From a virus, in the IMG/VR virus record IMGVR_UViG_3300020198_000887, positions 78,295 to 142,294 of that record: a stretch of 64,000 nucleotides of DNA. The stretch is one strand, 5' to 3'. Made by a program: the position numbers and the translations under genes. Positions 1 through 9,355 of the stretch are shown one piece after another. Each line of letters begins with the position of its first letter. Within the stretch, counting starts at the first letter, position 1. The notes under the pieces were generated by a model, which made no database searches, was not told the DNA's origin, and saw only the letters and a list, made by a program, of their open reading frames with translations.

Positions 1-60
1 AACATTTTTTTGAATACTATTATAGTCCGATGCTATAATTAAAGATCCTTGTCCTATCAT
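1..60 (-). CDS. 5' end of a virion/tail-fibre protein, runs off the window; N-terminus paralogous to 1143..7760
   Basis: Minus strand reads AAGGA-tatgta-ATG then MIGQGSLIIASDYNSIQKNV, resembling MATQKTPVIITEYNLIQSKV; not in the ORF track because it is truncated. Confidence 0.65.
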   Translation of the reverse strand, partial: MIGQGSLIIASDYNSIQKNV

Positions 61-215
61 TACATATCCTTTTACGAAAATCCAAATCCATTTATGTTAT
101 AACTAATGTATAACCATCTATTGTAGTTCACATGCAGTTCGTCACTAAAACTGGCTTGCTATTAATATTTAATGACTCGCATATTGCCTAGTATTAATCC
201 GACTAATTTCTGAAA

Positions 216-827
216 TTAGTCCAACCTAAACCCGAAACTAATGCGTGGAGCATTAGGTGAATATACACAATGCCAGAAATAACTAGAATTGGTTATTTCA
301 AACAATCTAACAGTCCATCCTTTATTATCCCAATCCGTTACAATAGTTTTTGTTTCGTCGTCTGACTTTATATATTTAAAATATGACCCATTTTCAATAG
401 GTGAATACGCAATATATAACCGATAACACGGTGCATTGCTATTAGTGTGCCACCCCATAAATCCACCCTTCGGGTATAAAAAATTACCACTCGGTGAACG
501 TACTTTTAATCCAGTAACTGTCTCAACATATTCCATTAGTTGTTTAGTTATTGCAACAGGTGGGAATGATATTTCGCTTAACTTAGACACTACATTAACA
601 TCAAGTATAGATTTTCGCCAATTAAGAGAATTTAAATCATGATTCAATATAAACTCGTCGCTCACACCAGGATAAGTTTGGTCAGTTGGGTCACACAATA
701 CCCTTGAAAATTCATACTCAGTTGAATCATGTGTCGGATTTATATAAAAAATAGGTCTTGATAATACATCATCCACATAGGCAGTTAATGCAGTTTCTAA
801 TTCACCTGTCAATTGATATTTTTTCAT
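216..827 (-). CDS. Putative 2OG-Fe(II) oxygenase / double-stranded beta-helix protein
   Basis: YPKGGFMGWHTN ... FWHCV ... RISFGF pattern (HxN, distal H, RxS) typical of phage 2OG-Fe(II) oxygenase-like proteins. Confidence 0.55.
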   Translation of the reverse strand: MKKYQLTGELETALTAYVDDVLSRPIFYINPTHDSTEYEFSRVLCDPTDQTYPGVSDEFILNHDLNSLNWRKSILDVNVVSKLSEISFPPVAITKQLMEYVETVTGLKVRSPSGNFLYPKGGFMGWHTNSNAPCYRLYIAYSPIENGSYFKYIKSDDETKTIVTDWDNKGWTVRLFEITNSSYFWHCVYSPNAPRISFGFRLD

Positions 828-1141
828 AATGCTACTTCCTCCACTGCATCCAGCGGGGTATCAGGATTTATAATCTTGTATAATTCTGAATCAACCCTAT
901 ACGGGTTTGAATTATACTGTTCTTGCAATTTATTCCATAAATCATGAATGAGTTCGTCGGTTGGCTGTCCTATATTTGTTATTCTCCACTCAACAATGGC
1001 GGCATCTGAATTATATATGTATTGTCTCCCATCTGGTGCCAATGTTACCGTACAAGAAATAATCACATCACTCCCAATACGAATATTTTTATATTTACGT
1101 TCTAAAACGTATGAAAGTTGGTCTAAAGTTAAAGTTGTCAT
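824..1141 (-). CDS. Small tail-fibre-associated protein (XkdW-like / fibre assembly)
   Basis: IVEWRITNIGQPTDELI motif; immediately downstream of the long fibre gene; 4-bp overlap with the next gene. Confidence 0.45.
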   Translation of the reverse strand: MTTLTLDQLSYVLERKYKNIRIGSDVIISCTVTLAPDGRQYIYNSDAAIVEWRITNIGQPTDELIHDLWNKLQEQYNSNPYRVDSELYKIINPDTPLDAVEEVAL

Positions 1142-1142
1142 G

Positions 1143-4100
1143 TTATCCTCCGTTATGTATTACTTTAAGCAATGCAGTTTGTGCTGTTATTTCAAATGCT
1201 AGGCGTTGTGCCTGGCCACCAAACGTAAACTTAGCACGCAATGTCCTAATCACATGTCCATCTGGCATGGTAATGTTGCATTGTGTATTATTTTTTCTGA
1301 CTATAGTCTGATTAGTAAGTGGTCCATACTGAATATTACTAACACTAATTACTACTCCCGAACTATCACACATTTGAGAATACAATACTTCTAATTTATA
1401 ATACGGTATTTTATTATCACTAATTTCTGGTGCTTTGGATATAACAGTAATACCATTAACCACAGCATTTACTGGCAAGTCGATGTTTACTAGCTCATTA
1501 TCACGAACTTCCATTGATACGGTAACCATTGTGTTGGCAAATGTAATATTGCGTGGATTGGTACGGAATCCTGCAACTGTACCCGCAAGACCCATATATC
1601 CAGACATAAATGCATCGTTATCGTTATTTGCGTTACTTTCCGTATAGTGTGGAATCAGTGAAATCCCATTAATGAACGATTGTAGTTTGCCGGAATTGAT
1701 AGTGGCAGACGAAAAGGTCTTGGCCCCAGCAATCAACGTTTTAACTTCTGGCAACGCAGTTGGGGTGGTTGTATTACCAACCAATGCTGTTTGGGCTTTA
1801 AACTTTGCATTAATAGGATACACCGTAGACACTGGTATTGTGCAATTTTCATCAGTATACAACTTAACAGCAAACAGCTGGTCTTCTGTAGTATTATAAT
1901 CACCAACCGTTGGTATTTGGACGTTTGCAACATTTGACATTACGGGTGCGATTCCACGTGTTAATCCACCAAACCGTGGGAACGTTTGGTTATCATATAT
2001 CACTTTCCAATATACATCAGAATTAGTGGCAACTGCGGCATTGAATGATAATGTTTCACCGGCGGCGATTGCCAACGGCTTTTTCGAGCTGTCATTTATA
2101 ACAATGGTATCACTAGTACATAACAACGGACCGGTCACTGATTCAGTGTGTAATTCTACATACACGGTCTCCTGGCCTTCTGTTATTAAATCCACCGTAA
2201 CTAACGCAGTCCATACCATCGGACTACCAGTTACTACAAACGAACCATTATCATTAAATCCTTGTCCGGAAACCGCCAACCAATCCCCGGTGTCTGACCC
2301 TGTAGTGTATATAAATTTAGGATATACTAATGTTCCTTGTTTAAAATACTGGTTCGTAAAAGTAAATGTTACTAGATCACCCTCATTAACAACAAGTGGG
2401 GTGATCGTTAGCGTCCCACTTGGGTCAAACAATGACGTATCATTGATAGTAATTGTATTACTTGTTGCCACTGTTACCCCAGCAGTATCTTTAAACACCC
2501 ACGCGAACGTCTGACTCCCTTCTGTTGCATGATCTGCAACCACTGTATGCTTCCATGTAATAGTTGGCTGGGTAACCGTGAATGTGCCAGCTATGGCAGG
2601 AGCAGTTCCATCTGGGGATAAATCGTTATCCCCGGCTGTTCCACTATGAAAAGCAGTCAATACAGTACCAACTACAATATTTGCAACTTGAATTGTTGTT
2701 GTTATTAAGCTGCCCTCCGACGGCTTTGATGGTGAAATAGTTACTGCATAAGAAGGGGCCTTAGAGGTATCCTCTATGGTAAATGTCGAACTTCTTCGTA
2801 GTACAGGTCCACCAAGAACATCCATAACTTCAATGAATGCAGTTTCATATCCTTCTGTTTTGAGGTCTGGTGATACCTCAAATTGCCAAGTCATTGCACT
2901 TCCACTTGTTGAAAATGAGTAGATATTACCAGTTTTAGTGAGTGATGGACCTGATAATAAAGCATAATCAGTCCCATATGTCGCAGACCCACCAAATGAA
3001 AGATACATTGTTGAGTTTGATGCCACATTTGCAACATTTAATGTAACAGAAAATGTTTTATTTGTGGTTTCATTTATATTTCCCGATGCAGGTGAAATAG
3101 TCATCCCATATGATGGATTTTGCGAAGTGTCTAAAATTAAAATACCCTGACTTGTTTGAACTACCGGACCAGTTTTTGACCCAGTTCTAAGCTGCACCTC
3201 AAATGTTTCACCACCCTCGGTTTTATTATCAGTTAATGCAGTAATCGAAAAATTTCCTGCACCGGAACTATCAAGTATCAATTCTGCGCTTCTTTTATTC
3301 AAATCAAACTCATCCAACCCTGCCGCATCTGGAATAACCCAAAAAAGTACGGTATTTTTTGGAACATTCACTGTAGTAACAGTGAATTCAACCCCCGTTG
3401 TTCCTTCACCAATCATAGTAGCAGACTGCGCTAGGTTATAAACTTTCTGTGTTTGAGAATCATCTTTTATGATAACGCCGCTGCTTGTTTGTCTGATTGT
3501 ACCATCATACCCACCTGTTCTAACTTGCAATTCAAATGACATATCACCTTCAGTAATAACATCTGCGTTAGCAGTTAACGTTACCTTACCAACATTGTTT
3601 GTAACTGTAAATGTGCCACGAACTTTGCTTTCAACAAAATCATCCGCCGTTAATTTATCATTTGATAACGTCCAATATAAAAGTGCATTATTGGGTAAAT
3701 TTGTAGTATAAATTGTAAAAGTAACCCCTTTTCCACCCTCGTTTATTTGCGATTGACTAACATCAATCGTAATAGTTGGTTCTACAAATGTATCTGTTAT
3801 TGTTGTAACTTCACTCGTTTGAACAATCAGTCCAGCAAACCCACCAGTACGTAGTTGAATAGCAAATGATTCGGTATTTTCTGGAACACCATCTGCAGCG
3901 GCGGTTCTCACAATACTCGCTTTTCCAGTCGTATCGACATTAACAGTGCCGGATAATTTATTATCACTAAAATCAGTTGGTTGAATAACTCCAACTGGGG
4001 TTGTCGTCCAGTATAATGTTTCACTCGGTGAAACATTTGTTGTGGAAACTGTAAATGTTACAGTATTATTAGCTCCAGTTTCACCAATAGTTGATTTATC

Positions 4101-7100
4101 CCGAATAATATTATAAGTTTTAACTGTTGGGATGGTTGGGGTTAATGATAGATCATTAATTTCTATTTCAGGACTGGTTCTTAATAACGTACTAGTTGGA
4201 CCTGCATCAGATCGTAATTCAATACAAAATTTTTCAGTACCTTCGGATTTATAGTCAACACTCATCACACGGGTAACCGTTGCGGTTCCATCAGATTTTA
4301 TTAAAAATGTGCCAGCATCTAAGCTATCACTAAAATCAGCTGCTACAACAGAACCTACCGTAGATTTGGTAGTCCAATACAATCGTGTATTAACTGGTAT
4401 GCCTTGTGTATATACTGTGAAAATTACCCCAGATGGACCTAGAGTAGTCGGCCCTTCATATACAAGTCCGGTGTCCGCTGTAATAATATATTGTGATGGG
4501 GTTGTAGTTGATGTATCATTTATCAATATACCTGGGGCACTCGTCGCCAATAGCGACCCTGCCCCATTTCTAATTTCCACTTCAAACGATTCACCACCGG
4601 TTTCGGTTAAACTATCTGCTTTTGCAGTTATAGTAAACGATCCAGCCCCATTTGTGATTGTAACTGGCCCTGATAAGGTATTAGATGTAAAATCATTAGC
4701 GGTAATATTCGTACCAACTAATGTCCAATATAACGTGCCATTAACCATAGTTGTTGTAGTCACAGAAAATAATACACTAGCCCCTGCACCACTCTCATTG
4801 ATGGCAGTAACCCCCAACGAGGAGACCGTTGTATTCGCAGCAACTATTGCATCAGTTATACTTGTCATTTGGCTAGTATAAACTGCTGACCCATTTTGAG
4901 TTGTTTTCAACTGAATTGCAAATGATTCAGCTGTTTCTGATGTCAAATCTATAGCTGCCGTCCGAATGATAGGTTCCGATGATTGATTGTTATAAATAAC
5001 AACGGTACCAGACAAGGTATTGTCACTAAAATCTGCTGCAGTCAATTGTGATGTTGACGCAAGAGTAGACCAATATAAAATAGTACCATCGGGGATCCCA
5101 GTTGTATATACATCAAATGTTACGCCTTGTCCTTCTGCAATCGATGAGGTATTTCTTTCAAGTAAATACGATACGACAACTGGGGTGGTGGATAAGTCAC
5201 TAATTACAACCGCACTGCTTGTCTGTACCACGGGTCCAGCAATACTCCCAGTTCTTAACTCTATGCAGAATGTTTCTTCACCTTCAGTATACTTGTCAGG
5301 ATTGGCAATTCGAATAATAGATGCAGAATTATTTTTGATTGTCACTTGCCCACTTGCCAAATAGTCAGAGAAATCAGAGCTACTTACATCCCCAGATTTC
5401 GGCAATGTGGTCCAATACAATGTTGCCCCATTTGGAACGTTTTCAGTTATTATATTAAATGTTACACCAGTACTTCCTTCACCAATCTTGCCAATATTTT
5501 GTATAATATTATAAGTTGGGGTTAATGGATTTGTAGTGAATGAAGTATCCTTAATTATTATACCAGCACTTGAAGTTTTTATCGGGCCAGTTATTGACCC
5601 TGTTCTGATTTGAACTTCAAACGACTCATCCCCCTCGGTTGTGATGTCCGCCCTTGCTATACGGGTAAAAGTACCAGTGTTATTTGTAATAATTACTGTA
5701 CCACTATTCAAGTTATCAGTAAAATCATTAGCAGATACATTTGCACCTGATACTGTCCAATACAAGGTAGAATCAGCAATATTCACTGTATTAACAGTAA
5801 AAGTAACTTCTGTGGTCCCATCTTCATTGATTGTGGTTTTATTTGGTGTTACTGTATACGATGAAAGTGCATCAGTTATACTTGTCAATTCACTTGTTGC
5901 AACAATGCTACCAGTTATACTATTAGTTCGTAGTTGTATGGCAAACAATTCTGCACCCTCGGGAGATAAATCCGACACGGCTTCCCTAGTGATTATTCCA
6001 CTATTATTATTAATTTCAACTGTACCAGATAATGTGTTATCACTAAAATCTGCTTCAGTAATCCCAGCACTTACACTGGTTGTCCAATATAATGTGGTTG
6101 GACTCGGTAATCCGGTAGTAGTTATTGTAAATACTGCACGGCCACCTTCAACAATAGCCGGTGCATTTCTTGTAATAACATATGGCGATGCACCAGCCAG
6201 ATCATTTATTTTTACACTTGCGCTAGTTGCTTTAATTGGACCAGAAATAGAATCTGTCCTAATTTGTATTTCAAATACTTCCGTACCTTCTACAAGGAGA
6301 TCAGCCTTTGCAATACGTGAAATTGTCCCAACATTGTTACTAATTACGACAACCCCACTTAAAGATTCATCTACAAAGTCATTTGCGGTTATCCCATTAC
6401 CAGAGGTTGTCCAATATAATACAGTATTACCAGGTACATTCACTGTGTTGACAGTAAAAACAACTTGGGTTTGGCCTTCTATTATCGAATTACTAGCTGG
6501 TGTTACCGAATATGATCTAGCAATATCTTGTATATCTGTAATTTCACTTTGTGCAACAATTGACCCGGTAGTTGAAAATGTTCTTATTTGAATAGCGAAT
6601 GATTCAGTGTTTTCAACAGCTAAGTCATCTTTTGCTATTCTAGTAATAGTACCGCTTCCATTGTTGATAATAACGGTACCAGTATAGGTTTCATCACTAA
6701 AATCTGCCGGGGTTAACCCAGTACTCGTGCTTGTTGACCAGTATAATATAGTACCAGAGGGAACATTGGTTGTGGTAACCGTAAACACTACGCCAACCCC
6801 ACCTTCGGTAATTGCGGTTGTGTTTCTAGTCACAGTATAGGTAGGCACAACAGCAGGAATTACTGGCGCAACAGTCACAGTGCCACCAGTAAATGTGCTA
6901 ATTGCAGCTGGTCTTGCAACAGTTACATTATGCCCAGATGCCCGGCAAATCTTCATCGAACTCAACAAATTCCCATCGATGTTTGGATCACCACTACCAT
7001 CTGCGATGTCAGAAAATTCAATTGTAAATATAACTTGTGCAGAAGTTGTTCCTAATTTTGCATAAACAGCATATCTGTTAAGCTCAAATGATGGGGTAGA

Positions 7101-7760
7101 ATCATATTTTTCATATACTAATTTATTAGTTTGTGTTAAATTAGCATATCCAACTGATGTGGTAGTTGAATAATTTATATTTCTAGTTTGAAGCCTGCTA
7201 AATGATATGACACCAATCCCATCTAACAAATTTGTCCAAGAAGTATTTTTAGTGGTAGATGACCCACCAGTCCGCGATGCCGAAAATTCAAACGAGCTAC
7301 CAGCATTGAAATACCACCTGGCAGCATTTTGGTTTTCAAAATTCACAGTAATTGAATGAGTTAATGTATTATTCCATGCTGACGTTCTGGAAGCCGACAC
7401 CAATGGTTCACGTGTTGATTGACTTAATGGTGCATCTAATGCCCTATCTCGGTGAATCAATTCAGCCATTGTTAAATATGAATTAGTTGTTGCTGCCGTA
7501 ATTGATGTATTTTTATACACCGTTGGAATATTCCCAGATTCATCAATCCCGGTCTGATGTTGGCGGACACGAAGCATATCTGAACGCAATACATTCCACT
7601 GATCAGCGGAAATCAATGGTTTTGTGCTTTCATTTATCTGTGAACTGTATACAGTTTGCCCATATCCATAATCATCCGCCCCAACCCCTAATACGTGTGC
7701 AACTTTTGATTGAATTAAGTTATATTCAGTTATAATAACTGGAGTTTTTTGTGTGGCCAT
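1143..7760 (-). CDS. 2205-aa tail fibre/adhesin with about 14 Calx-beta-like Ig-fold repeats
   Basis: Repeated ~115-aa unit: Y.I....I.EG..V.FTV.T.NVP..T.LYW...ADFSD..LSG.V.I.NN...R.A..D...EG.E.F.IQ.RT.S..G.....S....I.D; SD GAGGAG upstream. Confidence 0.75.
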   Translation of the reverse strand: MATQKTPVIITEYNLIQSKVAHVLGVGADDYGYGQTVYSSQINESTKPLISADQWNVLRSDMLRVRQHQTGIDESGNIPTVYKNTSITAATTNSYLTMAELIHRDRALDAPLSQSTREPLVSASRTSAWNNTLTHSITVNFENQNAARWYFNAGSSFEFSASRTGGSSTTKNTSWTNLLDGIGVISFSRLQTRNINYSTTTSVGYANLTQTNKLVYEKYDSTPSFELNRYAVYAKLGTTSAQVIFTIEFSDIADGSGDPNIDGNLLSSMKICRASGHNVTVARPAAISTFTGGTVTVAPVIPAVVPTYTVTRNTTAITEGGVGVVFTVTTTNVPSGTILYWSTSTSTGLTPADFSDETYTGTVIINNGSGTITRIAKDDLAVENTESFAIQIRTFSTTGSIVAQSEITDIQDIARSYSVTPASNSIIEGQTQVVFTVNTVNVPGNTVLYWTTSGNGITANDFVDESLSGVVVISNNVGTISRIAKADLLVEGTEVFEIQIRTDSISGPIKATSASVKINDLAGASPYVITRNAPAIVEGGRAVFTITTTGLPSPTTLYWTTSVSAGITEADFSDNTLSGTVEINNNSGIITREAVSDLSPEGAELFAIQLRTNSITGSIVATSELTSITDALSSYTVTPNKTTINEDGTTEVTFTVNTVNIADSTLYWTVSGANVSANDFTDNLNSGTVIITNNTGTFTRIARADITTEGDESFEVQIRTGSITGPIKTSSAGIIIKDTSFTTNPLTPTYNIIQNIGKIGEGSTGVTFNIITENVPNGATLYWTTLPKSGDVSSSDFSDYLASGQVTIKNNSASIIRIANPDKYTEGEETFCIELRTGSIAGPVVQTSSAVVISDLSTTPVVVSYLLERNTSSIAEGQGVTFDVYTTGIPDGTILYWSTLASTSQLTAADFSDNTLSGTVVIYNNQSSEPIIRTAAIDLTSETAESFAIQLKTTQNGSAVYTSQMTSITDAIVAANTTVSSLGVTAINESGAGASVLFSVTTTTMVNGTLYWTLVGTNITANDFTSNTLSGPVTITNGAGSFTITAKADSLTETGGESFEVEIRNGAGSLLATSAPGILINDTSTTTPSQYIITADTGLVYEGPTTLGPSGVIFTVYTQGIPVNTRLYWTTKSTVGSVVAADFSDSLDAGTFLIKSDGTATVTRVMSVDYKSEGTEKFCIELRSDAGPTSTLLRTSPEIEINDLSLTPTIPTVKTYNIIRDKSTIGETGANNTVTFTVSTTNVSPSETLYWTTTPVGVIQPTDFSDNKLSGTVNVDTTGKASIVRTAAADGVPENTESFAIQLRTGGFAGLIVQTSEVTTITDTFVEPTITIDVSQSQINEGGKGVTFTIYTTNLPNNALLYWTLSNDKLTADDFVESKVRGTFTVTNNVGKVTLTANADVITEGDMSFELQVRTGGYDGTIRQTSSGVIIKDDSQTQKVYNLAQSATMIGEGTTGVEFTVTTVNVPKNTVLFWVIPDAAGLDEFDLNKRSAELILDSSGAGNFSITALTDNKTEGGETFEVQLRTGSKTGPVVQTSQGILILDTSQNPSYGMTISPASGNINETTNKTFSVTLNVANVASNSTMYLSFGGSATYGTDYALLSGPSLTKTGNIYSFSTSGSAMTWQFEVSPDLKTEGYETAFIEVMDVLGGPVLRRSSTFTIEDTSKAPSYAVTISPSKPSEGSLITTTIQVANIVVGTVLTAFHSGTAGDNDLSPDGTAPAIAGTFTVTQPTITWKHTVVADHATEGSQTFAWVFKDTAGVTVATSNTITINDTSLFDPSGTLTITPLVVNEGDLVTFTFTNQYFKQGTLVYPKFIYTTGSDTGDWLAVSGQGFNDNGSFVVTGSPMVWTALVTVDLITEGQETVYVELHTESVTGPLLCTSDTIVINDSSKKPLAIAAGETLSFNAAVATNSDVYWKVIYDNQTFPRFGGLTRGIAPVMSNVANVQIPTVGDYNTTEDQLFAVKLYTDENCTIPVSTVYPINAKFKAQTALVGNTTTPTALPEVKTLIAGAKTFSSATINSGKLQSFINGISLIPHYTESNANNDNDAFMSGYMGLAGTVAGFRTNPRNITFANTMVTVSMEVRDNELVNIDLPVNAVVNGITVISKAPEISDNKIPYYKLEVLYSQMCDSSGVVISVSNIQYGPLTNQTIVRKNNTQCNITMPDGHVIRTLRAKFTFGGQAQRLAFEITAQTALLKVIHNGG
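2090..6845 (-). repeat. Protein-level tandem repeat array (about 14 Calx-beta-like units)
   Basis: Units recognisable in the translation by the LYW and DFSD/EG.E.F motifs; diverged at DNA level. Confidence 0.8.
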
Positions 7761-7783
7761 GTGGCTCCTCTATGTTTAAAATA

Positions 7784-9313
7784 TTATAAAATTACAGCTT
7801 CAACAATTTTAACGTCGTCGGTTGTATTAGATTCTAATGCAATAGCAAAAACATTTTCCAGTAATCCTGCCACACAAGCTACACCGCCATTAGCGGCAAC
7901 TAATCGGTCGCCTTTTGAAACTTTGCCAGCAACTTTTACGGGAACACGACCTTTCAAGGCAATATATATTCCGCCTTCTAATTCACTATTCATCATGTAT
8001 GCTGGATTTTTGGACACAGTTCCCAATGCTCTTGCCCCAAGAACGCCAGCGGTCACTTCCCGGTCACCCCCCACCATAACTACAGTACCAACATCATAAT
8101 CTTCATCTGCTAAGTATTTTTCGGCCAAGTCAGCATAATATGCAGTGGTTGCTGTACCAACAAAATAATTTGCCAGAATGGAACCAGCAGTAACATTTAT
8201 CCCATTTATTGATTGGTCAGCACTTGTTCTGGCAACTATGGTACCTGATGAAACTGTTGAACTCGCAGTTTTATATGTCCCACCGACATTTAAAGAATCT
8301 GCTTGTGTTGCAGTACCTGAAAATACATTTGCAAACACCGTACTAAACTTAGATGTGATTGACCCGATATTTGATATAAGATTTTCACCGGCCAATATAT
8401 CAGACCCTTTCAACTTGAATGGTGTTTTTGTTATATTGTTAACCGTTGTACTAAAAATAATGGTGTCGCCATTTGTATTAACAATTGTTGGGATTGATTG
8501 ATTTTGTGGATCATTAAATACCTTCAATTTAGCAACTGGATTTCCAACTGTATAACCAACATCTGCAAAATTAACTACTGCAGTAAATGTAGCATGATTT
8601 GCTCGTATAAACTCAGCGGCATCATATCGTACATCAGAAATGTTTAATGAATCCGCTGATGCAGAAGTTCCAAATAATCGAAATTTTGCTACCCCTCCGG
8701 CAGCATCAGTTACACCATTTACATCAGTGTTTATAAGCGTAATACCAGAATGGACTGTCGTGAACCCAGAAATAGCAGTGGATGCATCTAAATCGAATGC
8801 CCCCCGTTTATTAATTATAAAAACAGTGGTTCCATCAACAACCGCTTCAATAATTGTATGATTTTCACCACCTGTTGCAGAAGTTGCTTTAACTGTTCTA
8901 GTTCTCATCTCGGTGATATTGTTCCCAGATGACTGTGGGCCAACTAACACGAATTGAGATCCATTCCACGCATTAAGTTGTTGATTTGATGTGTCCCACC
9001 AAAAATCACCCTCTGTTAATCCGGTTGGCTGTGTTGATCCAACTTCTGCACCACCGGTGGTTCTCCATTTCAAACTATCATAAAATTTTAACTTTTTAGT
9101 GCCACTATCAAACCAAATTTGCCCGCTTATTGCCCGCGATGGCGGGGTTACATTGGCAAAATTTTCTAATAAAAATACAATATTCTCGTTTTGAGCCTCA
9201 CCGTATCCAGCATAGTTTTTACCAATTAGTTTAATATCCAGTGTTGTATCAATTGTTCCATCAGCTACTACGGTTACTTGATTTCCATTATATTTGTTGA
9301 TGATATATGCCAT
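7784..9313 (-). CDS. Tail fibre/baseplate-attached protein, paralog 3, with C-terminal ADLAE (peptidase G2/chaperone-like) domain
   Basis: Shared N-terminus DGTID..L.LIGKNYAGYGE..NEN..LLENFAN..GQIWFD; C-terminal YADLAEKY...GTVV..GG...ALKGRVPVKV.G.V.KGDRLV. Confidence 0.65.
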   Translation of the reverse strand: MAYIINKYNGNQVTVVADGTIDTTLDIKLIGKNYAGYGEAQNENIVFLLENFANVTPPSRAISGQIWFDSGTKKLKFYDSLKWRTTGGAEVGSTQPTGLTEGDFWWDTSNQQLNAWNGSQFVLVGPQSSGNNITEMRTRTVKATSATGGENHTIIEAVVDGTTVFIINKRGAFDLDASTAISGFTTVHSGITLINTDVNGVTDAAGGVAKFRLFGTSASADSLNISDVRYDAAEFIRANHATFTAVVNFADVGYTVGNPVAKLKVFNDPQNQSIPTIVNTNGDTIIFSTTVNNITKTPFKLKGSDILAGENLISNIGSITSKFSTVFANVFSGTATQADSLNVGGTYKTASSTVSSGTIVARTSADQSINGINVTAGSILANYFVGTATTAYYADLAEKYLADEDYDVGTVVMVGGDREVTAGVLGARALGTVSKNPAYMMNSELEGGIYIALKGRVPVKVAGKVSKGDRLVAANGGVACVAGLLENVFAIALESNTTDDVKIVEAVIL

Positions 9314-9337
9314 CTGATTATTTCCTCATTCTTTGTA

Positions 9338-9345
9338 TATTTATG
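9338..9345 (-). promoter_or_regulatory. Putative late (gp55) promoter CATAAATA
   Basis: T4-like TAAATA box 25 nt upstream of the 9313 start, followed by SD GAGGA. Confidence 0.5.
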
Positions 9346-9355
9346 TGGTTATATA

